From Minisyncoccota bacterium (GTDB taxonomy: Bacteria; Patescibacteriota; Minisyncoccia; UBA6257; 2-01-FULL-56-20), in assembly GCA_035509435.1 (NCBI GenBank), contig DATJLR010000002.1, forward strand, positions 69,774-133,773: a stretch of DNA of 64,000 nucleotides. The letters run 5' to 3'. The position numbers and the translations under genes are program-made. Shown here in pieces: positions 48,736 through 57,183 of the stretch. Below the pieces are notes generated by a model. The model was not told where the DNA came from, did not search any database, and saw only the letters and a list, made by a program, of their open reading frames with translations. Every line of letters starts with the position of its first letter. The stretch's first letter is position 1.

Positions 48736-49017
48736 CTAGGTCCAAGTATCGTATTCTTTGTGGGTCCCAATTTTTTTAACTAAGGCTATTTGATTTTTAT
48801 AGTTGATCTGAGCCAACAACCTGTACTTATTTCCACAAATATCGAACACGACCTGTTGATCCCCTAAGAGGCTGGCTTTTTGATACCTGCTCTTGAGAGC
48901 ATGGGGAGTGGCCCAGCCAGCATCCTCGACTTCCGCCTCCCATGCTTCAATCTGAGCTCTGGCATCTGGATAATTATCCTTGAAGTCGGAAAGTAGCTGT
49001 TTGCCTAGTAATTTCAT
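48736..49017 (-). CDS. higB: Type II toxin HigB (RelE/ParE fold)
   Basis: 93 aa; MKLLGKQLLSDFKDNYPDARAQIEAWEAEVEDAGWATPHALKSRYQKASLL...KIGTHKEYDTW, typical of HigB-family toxins encoded upstream of HigA. Confidence 0.75.
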   Translation of the reverse strand: MKLLGKQLLSDFKDNYPDARAQIEAWEAEVEDAGWATPHALKSRYQKASLLGDQQVVFDICGNKYRLLAQINYKNQIALVKKIGTHKEYDTWT

Positions 49018-49143
49018 ATCTTTTTGCCGGGGATTTAATCATTATTTGGGTTCCCATATTGGGAAGTATGGACGGGTTTATCCGGAATGTCAAGCTCCCC
49101 CCAGAGAGGGGGGGGGATGAGTAATTCGGTGCCGAATAGGCTT

Positions 49144-50625
49144 CTAATTTTGTGGTTCCAACTCTTGCTCTATCTCCTCAAACGATTCCACTGCGGCGCG
49201 GAGGTGCTCGAGAATTTCGGCTGCGATTACCTTCGGCTCAGGCAGGTTTTCCATGTCGGTCACGCTGTCATCTTTGAGCCAGAAGATGTCGAGGTTCACT
49301 TTATCGCGTGCAATGATCTCGCTGTACGCAAACCGCTTGAAACGCTCGGACTCCTTTCGCTTGTGTCGATTCTCCGGATTGTAGGCCGCAAGGAATTCGG
49401 CGAAGTCCTCGTCAGCGAGCTTGCGCTCTTTGAGCGTGAAGTGCTTGTTGGTACGCAAGTCGTAAATCCACACTTCCTTCGTCTGTGGGTCTTTGCTCGC
49501 TGGTTTGTTATCAAAGAAGATGACGTTTGCTTTGACGCCCTGCGCGTAGAAGATGCCGGTCGGCAGCCGCAGGATCGTGTGCAGGTCGGTCGTCTCCAAG
49601 AGCTTGCGACGAACTGTCTCACCGGCCCCGCCCTCAAAGAGCACGTTGTCCGGAACGACGACCGCCGCGCGGCCGTCAGCTTTCAGCATCGTGCGAATAT
49701 GCTGCACGAAGTTAAGCTGCTTGTTTGAGGTAGACGCCCAGAAATCCTGTCGGTTGTATGAAAGTGCCTCGCGTGATACCGCACCGCTTTCTTCAGCGGT
49801 TACGACGTAGCTCGACTGACGGCCGAAAGGAGGATTGGCGAGCACGTAATCGAAGCGCATGCCGCTGTCCGCGAGCAAACTATCATCGCGATGGATTGGC
49901 GGCGTATCGCCGGCATCGCCGATGCCGTGCAAAAAGAGATTCATGACGCAGACGCGCGCAGTCTCCGGCACAAGCTCCCAGCCGGTAAAAGTTTTCTTTT
50001 TCAAAAATGCCAGCTCATCGCGGCCAAGCTCATCGCCGTAGGTACGTAACAGATAATCCTGCGCCGAAAGGAAGAAGCCGCCTGTCCCGCAAGCAGGATC
50101 GGCAATCGTCTTCTTGGGCTGCGGCCGAAGTGCAGCAACCATGGCGCGGATGAGCGGACGCGGCGTGAAGTATTGTCCGGCTCCGCTTTTCGTATCCGAG
50201 GCAACGCGCTCGAGGAGCGATTCGTAAATCTCGCCTTTGACGTCCACGTTAAGGCCGACCCAGCTCGTTTCTTCGATCATATCGATAACGCGTTTGAGGA
50301 GGGCGGGCGTTTGAATTTTATTCTGCGCTCGAGCGAAGATCATGCCGAGCATGCCGGGCTTATTGCCGAGCGCCTCGAGAATCTCGATGTAGTGCGCTTC
50401 CAGTTCCGCACCCTTCTGCGCCACGAGCGTGGGCCACGCGTACTTCGCTGGGATGCCGAGATCGCGATTGTAAGGCGGTTTGGCATACTCATCAGCCATC
50501 TTGAGAAAAAGCAGGATCGTGAGCTGCTGGAGATAGTCGCCCGTCGAGACGCCGGCATCCAAAAGAACGTCGCATAAACTCCAGATACGGTTGCTGATAT
50601 TTGAAACTTGAGGTGAAGTGGCCAT
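49144..50625 (-). CDS. hsdM: Type I restriction-modification system methyltransferase subunit
   Basis: N6-adenine MTase motifs (DPACGTGGF motif I, VLANPPFG motif IV), HsdM N-terminal domain. 493 aa. Confidence 0.92.
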   Translation of the reverse strand: MATSPQVSNISNRIWSLCDVLLDAGVSTGDYLQQLTILLFLKMADEYAKPPYNRDLGIPAKYAWPTLVAQKGAELEAHYIEILEALGNKPGMLGMIFARAQNKIQTPALLKRVIDMIEETSWVGLNVDVKGEIYESLLERVASDTKSGAGQYFTPRPLIRAMVAALRPQPKKTIADPACGTGGFFLSAQDYLLRTYGDELGRDELAFLKKKTFTGWELVPETARVCVMNLFLHGIGDAGDTPPIHRDDSLLADSGMRFDYVLANPPFGRQSSYVVTAEESGAVSREALSYNRQDFWASTSNKQLNFVQHIRTMLKADGRAAVVVPDNVLFEGGAGETVRRKLLETTDLHTILRLPTGIFYAQGVKANVIFFDNKPASKDPQTKEVWIYDLRTNKHFTLKERKLADEDFAEFLAAYNPENRHKRKESERFKRFAYSEIIARDKVNLDIFWLKDDSVTDMENLPEPKVIAAEILEHLRAAVESFEEIEQELEPQN

Positions 50626-50629
50626 AGTT

Positions 50630-52078
50630 TTATTTTATCGCCGTCTTTGATCGACCGCGCGTCTTCGATATTACCTTCGTTCGCGGCGCTGCGTCGACAC
50701 GCTTGGCATTGATGCGTTCAAGCAATGCGGCCGCTGGCTCGTCGCTCGAATCCTGCGGTACAAGCTTGCCCGTGAACGCCTGCTGCAAAATGGACTGACG
50801 AAGATGCTCGGCACGTTGGAGATTGGCGGATAAAACCTGTTCGATCTCGTCGGCGACGCTCAGTCGACATTCAACTTCGGAAACGATACGCTTTTGCTCA
50901 GCGAGGGGTGGTAGCGGTACGGCAATACTCGCAACGATGCTCAAATTCAGATTGGGTTGTACTCCACCGCTCGAATGCCCTCTTACATCCTCATAATTTT
51001 TCCAGAAGAAAATCTTGAGATAATTCTTTACCTCTGAATCCATAACCTGCACTGCGGCAATCGCTTGATTTGTAGTAGCAGAGATCATTAATTCCGAGCA
51101 CTTACCGCGCGTTTTCCCTTCGCCATACATAGCAAGCAGCAAAGTACCTGCTGGATACAATGTCAGATTCGTTTCTTTCAATGCCTTTTCTGTCACGAAC
51201 TCCGATGCTTCTTTGACCTGTAAGTTATTAAGCGCCCCGCTTGTGATCCAAGCTATGTCTCCATTATGGTAATAAGACGAATCACCTCGATTTGGAGTTG
51301 CGCCGGTGCCTACAAGCGAAAGCTGTGCAACGCTCGCCCATGTCCATCCCTCCGGCAGTGCCGACAATCCGGTCGTGTCTGGCGATGCCGGTTCTTTGTA
51401 CTTACCGCGGCCGTTCCATTTTTCATGGCGCTCTTTGAGGATACGCGTGAGGAGCTCGGAGCCAGTTTCATAGCTGCGGCCTTCGGATCGAGCAACCTCG
51501 GCTTCCGTGGGTACGAGTTTGCCGGAGCATGCGGCGGCAAGAACGCTCGCACGATAACGCTTCAATTCCACCTGCGCTTCCTCAAGTTCCTTGATGCCAG
51601 AATCGAGCTCTGAAATAAATTCATCGACTTTAGTAACGATACGTTCCTGCTCCGCGAGGGGCGGCAGTGGAAATTCACGTTCCAGTGTTTTTGTTACAAC
51701 CACGAATGGCTGTGCTGCGCCGCTTCGTATCCAAAAATGCTCGTTGTTGAGGCGATACCAAAGGAAGCGGACGTTGATCGCGTGATCGCGAGGCCGTACC
51801 ACGTGTGTGTTTGCGATAGCAGACCATTTCCCAGATGCAAGAAAACACTTGCCGCACCGCGCTCCGACAGCAGATACAATCACGGCATCTCCTTCTTCTT
51901 CATATCCATCACGCCAAACATCCTGACCGGTTGCGCTGAATGCCGCAAATAATTTTTCGCCAGCATGGGACGAAAGACGTCCTTTGATAAGCTTTGAATT
52001 ACCGGAGTGGTGCTCCGTTACATCAGCGAGCGTAGCGGCAGCCCATCCTTGTGGAATTTTTTCTGTATTGTTGCTCAT
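50630..52078 (-). CDS. hsdS: Type I restriction-modification system specificity subunit
   Basis: 482 aa with two target-recognition domains separated by conserved coiled-coil spacers (LPPLAEQERIV... and LPPLAEQKRIVSEV...). Confidence 0.85.
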   Translation of the reverse strand: MSNNTEKIPQGWAAATLADVTEHHSGNSKLIKGRLSSHAGEKLFAAFSATGQDVWRDGYEEEGDAVIVSAVGARCGKCFLASGKWSAIANTHVVRPRDHAINVRFLWYRLNNEHFWIRSGAAQPFVVVTKTLEREFPLPPLAEQERIVTKVDEFISELDSGIKELEEAQVELKRYRASVLAAACSGKLVPTEAEVARSEGRSYETGSELLTRILKERHEKWNGRGKYKEPASPDTTGLSALPEGWTWASVAQLSLVGTGATPNRGDSSYYHNGDIAWITSGALNNLQVKEASEFVTEKALKETNLTLYPAGTLLLAMYGEGKTRGKCSELMISATTNQAIAAVQVMDSEVKNYLKIFFWKNYEDVRGHSSGGVQPNLNLSIVASIAVPLPPLAEQKRIVSEVECRLSVADEIEQVLSANLQRAEHLRQSILQQAFTGKLVPQDSSDEPAAALLERINAKRVDAAPRTKVISKTRGRSKTAIK

Positions 52079-54828
52079 ACGGTTGCGAGTTCGCGCTGTA
52101 GATCGGTGAGGATTTCTTCATAGCCCTCACCGAAGACCTCATAGACGCCGGCTAATCCACCATGCTGCACGAGCGGCGGCAGATCAAGGTCGTCCTTAGT
52201 GATTTCGAGCGACGTCGCGATGTGGTCTTTGATAAGCGTGAGCCAATCGATTTGGGCCGGTGTAAATGTCTTACCTTCCTTCTGCATTTTTGCCAACCAT
52301 CCAGCAAAGCGCTCCTCGACTTCCTCGCGGAACGGCGCAAGCGCCGACTGCGGTTCGATGGCGTGGCGTACTAAAGCGACGACATCGGGCAGGGTTTTTG
52401 CGGTGCCGGGCTTCACTTTCGGCCCCTCGATCATCCGGAATGCGTACCAAATTTCCTGCGGCGGTAACGCGGCGTCTTTGAGTTGCTCGGCCAATTCCTT
52501 CGCCATCGCATAGGTTATGTGGCGCTTGTTGTAGGGCTGACTGTAAAAAATCTGAAGCGCAACGACATCGTCACGGTGCTTCGCGATAAAGTCCTTGAAT
52601 TTCTGAACGGTCGCTTTGGCACGCTCAAGCGCCTGTGCGTCCGTGCCCGAGGAGAGCACGGAGTCCGGCGTTATCTTGTCGATAATTTGGTCATGTTCCT
52701 GCCGGACGGTCTCGATGAGATCGCGCAGCTTCGGATCGTCGAACGGCGCACACGCTTCAGTGACGAGCGCTTTCGCCGCCGCCGCTATCGCCGCTTCGTC
52801 CGGCTCTGGCGCACCGGTCGTCTGTTTGGCGCGATCCGCTTGGATGTCGAGATCGTAGGCATCAAGGAGCGCGCGGGCGAGATCGGCCGGACTCTTGCCG
52901 CCGGCAACTTTCGCGATGCGTTCCCGTTCCGCTGGTTCGAGCTCCCGATCCAAGCGAGCAAGACGGTTACCGAGCGACGTGAGCGTGTCCTCGTCGCGCA
53001 CGCCCAAGGCCGCCTGCATGAGGAGCGCCTTCATACTAACCGACGGTCGGCGTTCGAGGGGCCGCGATGCCTGCTTCGGCGATTCCGTGACGCCCACGGC
53101 ATCAACGATGACGAAGTGTGTCTTCGCGTGAGCCGCCGATGACACTTTCTTGAGATCATCTCCTGAGAGCACGCGCGTACCGCGACCCTTCATCTGCTCA
53201 AAGTAATTCTCGGAACGGACATCACGCATAAACAAAAGACATTCGAGCGGCTTCACGTCCGTGCCGGTCGCAACCATGTCGACGGTCACGGCTATTCTCG
53301 GATTGTAGTCATTGCGGAAATCGGAAAGCGTCTGCTCCGGATTCTCGGCGTTGTAGGTGATCTTGCGGCAGAACGCATTCCCTTCGGCGAATTCTTCGCG
53401 GATGATCGTGATAATGTCGTCGGCGTGGGAATCGGTCTTCGCGAAGACGAGCGTCTTCGGAACTTCGAATTCTTGTTTACCGTCTTTGTCCGTAAAGCGA
53501 TCAGGAAAGAGCGACGGCAGCACGCGTTTGAACTCGCGGATGACCGTGCGGATTTGATTCGGGTTCACGACGCTGCGGTCAAGCTCGCTTGAGGGGTAGA
53601 TGACATCCTCGTCAACCTGCTCCCAGCGCTTGCGGCGCGTAAGACGGCTGCGCTTGTCCACCCATTCACCGGCCTCGATCTGGCCGCCCTGTTCGCCGAC
53701 GGCCGTCTTGATGCGGTAGACGTCATAACCCACATTCACGCCGTCGACGACGGCCTCTTCGTGTGTGTACTCGGAGACGACATTCTGATTAAAAAATCCG
53801 TAGGTGCGAGCGTCGGGCGTGGCGGTCAGGCCGACCATGAACGCATCGAAGTAATCGAGTACCTGCTTCCAGACGTTGTAAATAGATCGGTGACATTCGT
53901 CGATGATAATGAGGTCGAAAAACTCCGGCGGATAGGTGGCGTTGTAGACCACGTCTCGCATTTGCTTGAGTGCAGCTTCGCCAACCGAATGCTCTTCGGC
54001 AGATTCATCAAGCTCCTCGCCGCGGAGGATCGAATACATGCGCTGGATGGTGCTCACGCACACCTGCGAACTCGGATCGATAGTGCCGGAGCGAAGCCGC
54101 TGCACGTTGTAGAGCTCCGTGAACTTGCGGCTGTCATCCTGCGGCGTGTAGGCCTGAAATTCCTGTTCCGCCTGCCTGCCGAGATTCCGTGTATCAACGA
54201 GAAAGAGTACGCGCTTGCCCTTGGCGAATTTCAGATAGCGATACACCGCCGTGATAGCGGTGTACGTCTTACCCGATCCGGTGGCCATCTGGACGAGAGC
54301 GCGAGGCCTTGCTTCTTTCAGCGACTTCTCGAGATTGTCTATGGCAACGATTTGGCATTGGCGCAGGCCTTTATGGTCGAGCGCCGGCAGATCAAGCAGC
54401 CGGGCGCGGAGCGTCTTCGCTTCGGCGTGCCATGCGGCAAGCGTTTCGGGCCGATGGAAATTAAAAATGTCCCGGGCCCGCGGCTTCGGATCGCGCATGT
54501 CGGTGAACCGCGTCTCCTCGCCGGTTGATTCGTAGACGAACGGAAGCGGCTCGTTGCCGACGCGCCACTTGATCTCGCTCACGGCATAACGCTCCGCCTG
54601 CGTCTCAACTTTCGAGAGCACGGTGCCTGCCGGTTTTGCTTCGACGACCCCAACATGCACACGGTCGACCATCAAGAGGTAATCAACCGGGCCGGTGTCA
54701 GTGGGATATTCGCGGACGGCGATACCTACGCCTGCTCCGGGGTTCATCTCCCGATAATCCTGAAGAATCCAACCCGCTGCGATCAGCTGTTTGTCTATGT
54801 TTTCACGTGCTCGTTGCTCGGGAGTCAT
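52075..54828 (-). CDS. hsdR: Type I restriction enzyme endonuclease/helicase subunit
   Basis: 917 aa; N-terminal PD-(D/E)xK region, SF2 helicase motifs (MATGSGKT Walker A, DECH box IIIDECHRS, motif VI), C-terminal HsdR domain. Overlaps the hsdS start (ATGA). Confidence 0.92.
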   Translation of the reverse strand: MTPEQRARENIDKQLIAAGWILQDYREMNPGAGVGIAVREYPTDTGPVDYLLMVDRVHVGVVEAKPAGTVLSKVETQAERYAVSEIKWRVGNEPLPFVYESTGEETRFTDMRDPKPRARDIFNFHRPETLAAWHAEAKTLRARLLDLPALDHKGLRQCQIVAIDNLEKSLKEARPRALVQMATGSGKTYTAITAVYRYLKFAKGKRVLFLVDTRNLGRQAEQEFQAYTPQDDSRKFTELYNVQRLRSGTIDPSSQVCVSTIQRMYSILRGEELDESAEEHSVGEAALKQMRDVVYNATYPPEFFDLIIIDECHRSIYNVWKQVLDYFDAFMVGLTATPDARTYGFFNQNVVSEYTHEEAVVDGVNVGYDVYRIKTAVGEQGGQIEAGEWVDKRSRLTRRKRWEQVDEDVIYPSSELDRSVVNPNQIRTVIREFKRVLPSLFPDRFTDKDGKQEFEVPKTLVFAKTDSHADDIITIIREEFAEGNAFCRKITYNAENPEQTLSDFRNDYNPRIAVTVDMVATGTDVKPLECLLFMRDVRSENYFEQMKGRGTRVLSGDDLKKVSSAAHAKTHFVIVDAVGVTESPKQASRPLERRPSVSMKALLMQAALGVRDEDTLTSLGNRLARLDRELEPAERERIAKVAGGKSPADLARALLDAYDLDIQADRAKQTTGAPEPDEAAIAAAAKALVTEACAPFDDPKLRDLIETVRQEHDQIIDKITPDSVLSSGTDAQALERAKATVQKFKDFIAKHRDDVVALQIFYSQPYNKRHITYAMAKELAEQLKDAALPPQEIWYAFRMIEGPKVKPGTAKTLPDVVALVRHAIEPQSALAPFREEVEERFAGWLAKMQKEGKTFTPAQIDWLTLIKDHIATSLEITKDDLDLPPLVQHGGLAGVYEVFGEGYEEILTDLQRELATV

Positions 54829-54973
54829 TACCCCTGATGATAGCGGAAAATCAAGGATTTGTTAATGATTTTTTAATCTTTTATTTACCTTAATTTTAAG
54901 GTATCAACTCGTAAGAATTGGACTAAGAATGGTCGTGGTCCAAAGACCCGCAAAAAGTGAGGCAGATAAAGAC

Positions 54974-55000
54974 GAAACCGAGGTTTTCACCTCGGTTCGT
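54974..55000 (-). terminator. Hairpin terminator downstream of the tRNA (minus strand)
   Basis: AACCGAGG-ttttcac-CCTCGGTT stem-loop immediately 3' of the tRNA acceptor end, followed on the minus strand by a T-rich tract. Confidence 0.55.
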
Positions 55001-55009
55001 CCAGCTTTG

Positions 55010-55291
55010 CTCCGCGACCAGGACTCGAACCTGGAACCATCGCCTTACACGTTTCCTAATGTTTCCAAAAGGCGTGGACTATATCATTGCCGTGGTCCGC
55101 CGCGCGAGGCGGGGACGGTAGGCATCTCGGTATCTAGTCTCTACGGTGCCCCTCCTTGCGGAGGGTTCCCACGGTGTTCGCATGCCCTTGCGGGGTTAGC
55201 CTTCACCGTTATCCCAAGATTGTTCATCGTGCCGTTTCCGACACAAGCTGCCTTCTGACAGGGCGCCGCTCTACCATTGAGCTATCGCGGA
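55010..55291 (-). tRNA. tRNA gene interrupted in the anticodon loop by a group I intron (anticodon probably GUU/Asn, alternatively UGU/Thr)
   Basis: Minus-strand reading: 5' half TCCGCGA-TA-GCTC-AATGGTA-GAGC-G-GCGCC-CUGU..., 3' half ...UAA-GGCGA-UGGUU-CCAGG-UUCGAGU-CCUGG-UCGCGGA-G. The 7-bp acceptor stem is perfectly complementary and D and T arms are canonical. CCA is not encoded. The ~210-nt insert carries group I R- and S-like elements. Confidence 0.85.
55048..55259 (-). ncRNA. Group I self-splicing intron within the tRNA anticodon loop (~210 nt, no ORF)
   Basis: Minus-strand sequence contains GTAGAGACTAGA (R/P7-like) and ATGATATAGTCC (S-like) conserved elements. Intron begins after an exonic U, ends with G, and a 4-bp P1 (exon CUGU / intron GCAG) is possible. 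Exact boundaries are ±2 nt. Confidence 0.7.
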
Positions 55292-55341
55292 ATATGAAGA
55301 ACTCGAATACTATTCTAACAGATAGCGGGGGATTTTCAACC

Positions 55342-56004
55342 TCAGCCCGCGCTCGGCGGCGGCTGTACCGTCAAGCTGCCGTCCGGATTCTGGTCCACCT
55401 CGAAGAGGATATTTGCGGTGCCGCCGGTCGTGAGGATGATCGGGAACGTGCCGGGGTCGGGAAGCGTGAAGACGACCGGCTGGGCCGCGTACGTTTCGCC
55501 TTGCGTGCCGTTGCAGGTGCCCGAATCGGGGAAGGTGAACTGCTGGGTGACGGGCGGCGCAAGGTCGCCGTTCTCGTCGGCGATCAGGCGCATGGTGAGC
55601 GGCACGCATTCGGAGGCGGCGCCCATCTGTACCTGGACATCCACCGTGAGTTGCGCTCCGGAGATCTGCGCGCCGGTGACGGCAAGCGCTTCGTTGCCTT
55701 GTGTCCAGGTGATCGCCGCGGCGCCGACGGACGTCGACCCCGGTGTTGATGACGGCGTGCTTGTCGCCCCGGCGGGGGATGACGACGCAAGCGAGAGTGT
55801 TGATGATGCGAACGCGGTGGAGCTTGCGGTAGAGGTCGGCTCCGCGGCGATCGGCGTGCTCGTGCTGAATATCCCGCCGTCGCTCGACATGGAGTCCACC
55901 ACGTAAGTGCCGCCGCCGCTATAGAAAACGACGTAGAACGTGATCGCGACCATCACCACCGCGACGATGGACAACGTGATAAGGATATTCCTCAATGTCA
56001 TCAT
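55342..56004 (-). CDS. Membrane-anchored Ser/Thr-rich hypothetical protein
   Basis: N-terminal TM anchor MMTLRNILITLSIVAVVMVAITFYVVF, S/T/A-rich linker, ~90-aa C-terminal domain with two Cys. Confidence 0.45.
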   Translation of the reverse strand: MMTLRNILITLSIVAVVMVAITFYVVFYSGGGTYVVDSMSSDGGIFSTSTPIAAEPTSTASSTAFASSTLSLASSSPAGATSTPSSTPGSTSVGAAAITWTQGNEALAVTGAQISGAQLTVDVQVQMGAASECVPLTMRLIADENGDLAPPVTQQFTFPDSGTCNGTQGETYAAQPVVFTLPDPGTFPIILTTGGTANILFEVDQNPDGSLTVQPPPSAG

Positions 56005-56077
56005 GTCCTCCTATTATACTATAAAGAGCCGGTGTGCCGAACTATCATCTGTAGGGAGGCACAGCGGCCCTTTTTGT

Positions 56078-57073
56078 TTATTCCGGCTTTTTCTTTTCCG
56101 TCGCGTGGCTGTCCACTTCGTACGACGTGTTCTGCGCCTCAAAGAAATTGACGAGCTCAAGGACGTCGGTGGCGCCGCTCATCCATTTGGCGGGATTCTT
56201 CGCGCCGTAGTGCGCGCCGATGCCGAGCTCTTCCAGGCGCCGGTCGGCGACGTACTGCACGTACTGGTTCACGTAGTCGGCATTCAGCCCGAGGATGCCG
56301 CGGGGGAAAAGGTCCTTGTTATACGCGACCTCCAGATCCACGCCGTCCACGACGATCTGCTTGATCTCCTCGGCAAATTCCTTCGTCAGCAGTTCCGCGT
56401 TCTCCTCTAAAATGTTCTGGATGAGGTTCATGCCGAATTTGAGGTGGAGCGATTCGTCGCGGAGCACCCAGTTGATCATGGAACCGAAGTTGCGGAGCTG
56501 GTTGCGCTGGCGGAACGAGAGCACCACCATGAAGCCGCTGTAGAACCAGATGCCCTCCATCACGATGTTCGTCGCGACGAGATTGCGGATAAAGTCCATC
56601 TTGCCCTCCGGCGTCTCGACGTCCAACGTGTCTTCCGTCATGCGCTTCATGTACTTGTTGATGTAATCCTCCTTGGCCTTCATGGACGGCGTGTCGAGGT
56701 GGAGATTGAAGACGTTCGACCGGTCGAGCGGGAACGTTTCCAGGACATATTCAAAGGACACGCAGTGGTTCGCTTCTTCCCACATCTGCTTCGCGAGATA
56801 GAGGTGGCATTCCGGCGACTTCAGATATGGATAGATGCCGAGCGCGATGGAGCGGTTGACGATGAGCTCGCCCGGATTGAAGAACGCCATCAGGAACTTC
56901 ACCGCGTGGCGCTCGTCGTCCGTCATCTTCTCCCAGTCGTAGAGGTCTTCCTTGAGCGCGATCTCGTGCGGGAACCACGTGTTGCGCACCGCCTGCTGAT
57001 AGAGGTCATATGCCCACTGGTACTTGATGGGGTGGAGGTTCATGTCCTCCGGGGACGCTTTGCCGATCAACAT
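56078..57073 (-). CDS. nrdB: Ribonucleotide reductase class Ia beta subunit
   Basis: Ferritin-like di-iron ligands (EExH motifs: MWEEANHCVSFEY, IVMEGIWFYSGF), C-terminal NrdA-binding tail. 331 aa. Confidence 0.92.
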   Translation of the reverse strand: MLIGKASPEDMNLHPIKYQWAYDLYQQAVRNTWFPHEIALKEDLYDWEKMTDDERHAVKFLMAFFNPGELIVNRSIALGIYPYLKSPECHLYLAKQMWEEANHCVSFEYVLETFPLDRSNVFNLHLDTPSMKAKEDYINKYMKRMTEDTLDVETPEGKMDFIRNLVATNIVMEGIWFYSGFMVVLSFRQRNQLRNFGSMINWVLRDESLHLKFGMNLIQNILEENAELLTKEFAEEIKQIVVDGVDLEVAYNKDLFPRGILGLNADYVNQYVQYVADRRLEELGIGAHYGAKNPAKWMSGATDVLELVNFFEAQNTSYEVDSHATEKKKPE

Positions 57074-57183
57074 GGTTTTAGTTGATTTATGTTATCTTAA
57101 AACTTTTTTTTAAACAAGCGATGGGACTCTGGGGGTTTGAGCGAGTGGCAGTTCCGACTGTGGAGCGAAAACCCCCGGAGCCC

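Larger units (their letters stand above)
44760..49140. other. Low-GC (AT-rich) genomic island embedded in GC-rich chromosome
   Basis: Base composition drops sharply after 44.9 kb and recovers at the hsdM gene. Contains hypothetical, nuclease-like, toxin-antitoxin and peptidase genes. An intron-containing tRNA lies ~6 kb away at 55.0-55.3 kb, beyond the type I R-M operon. Confidence 0.6.
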
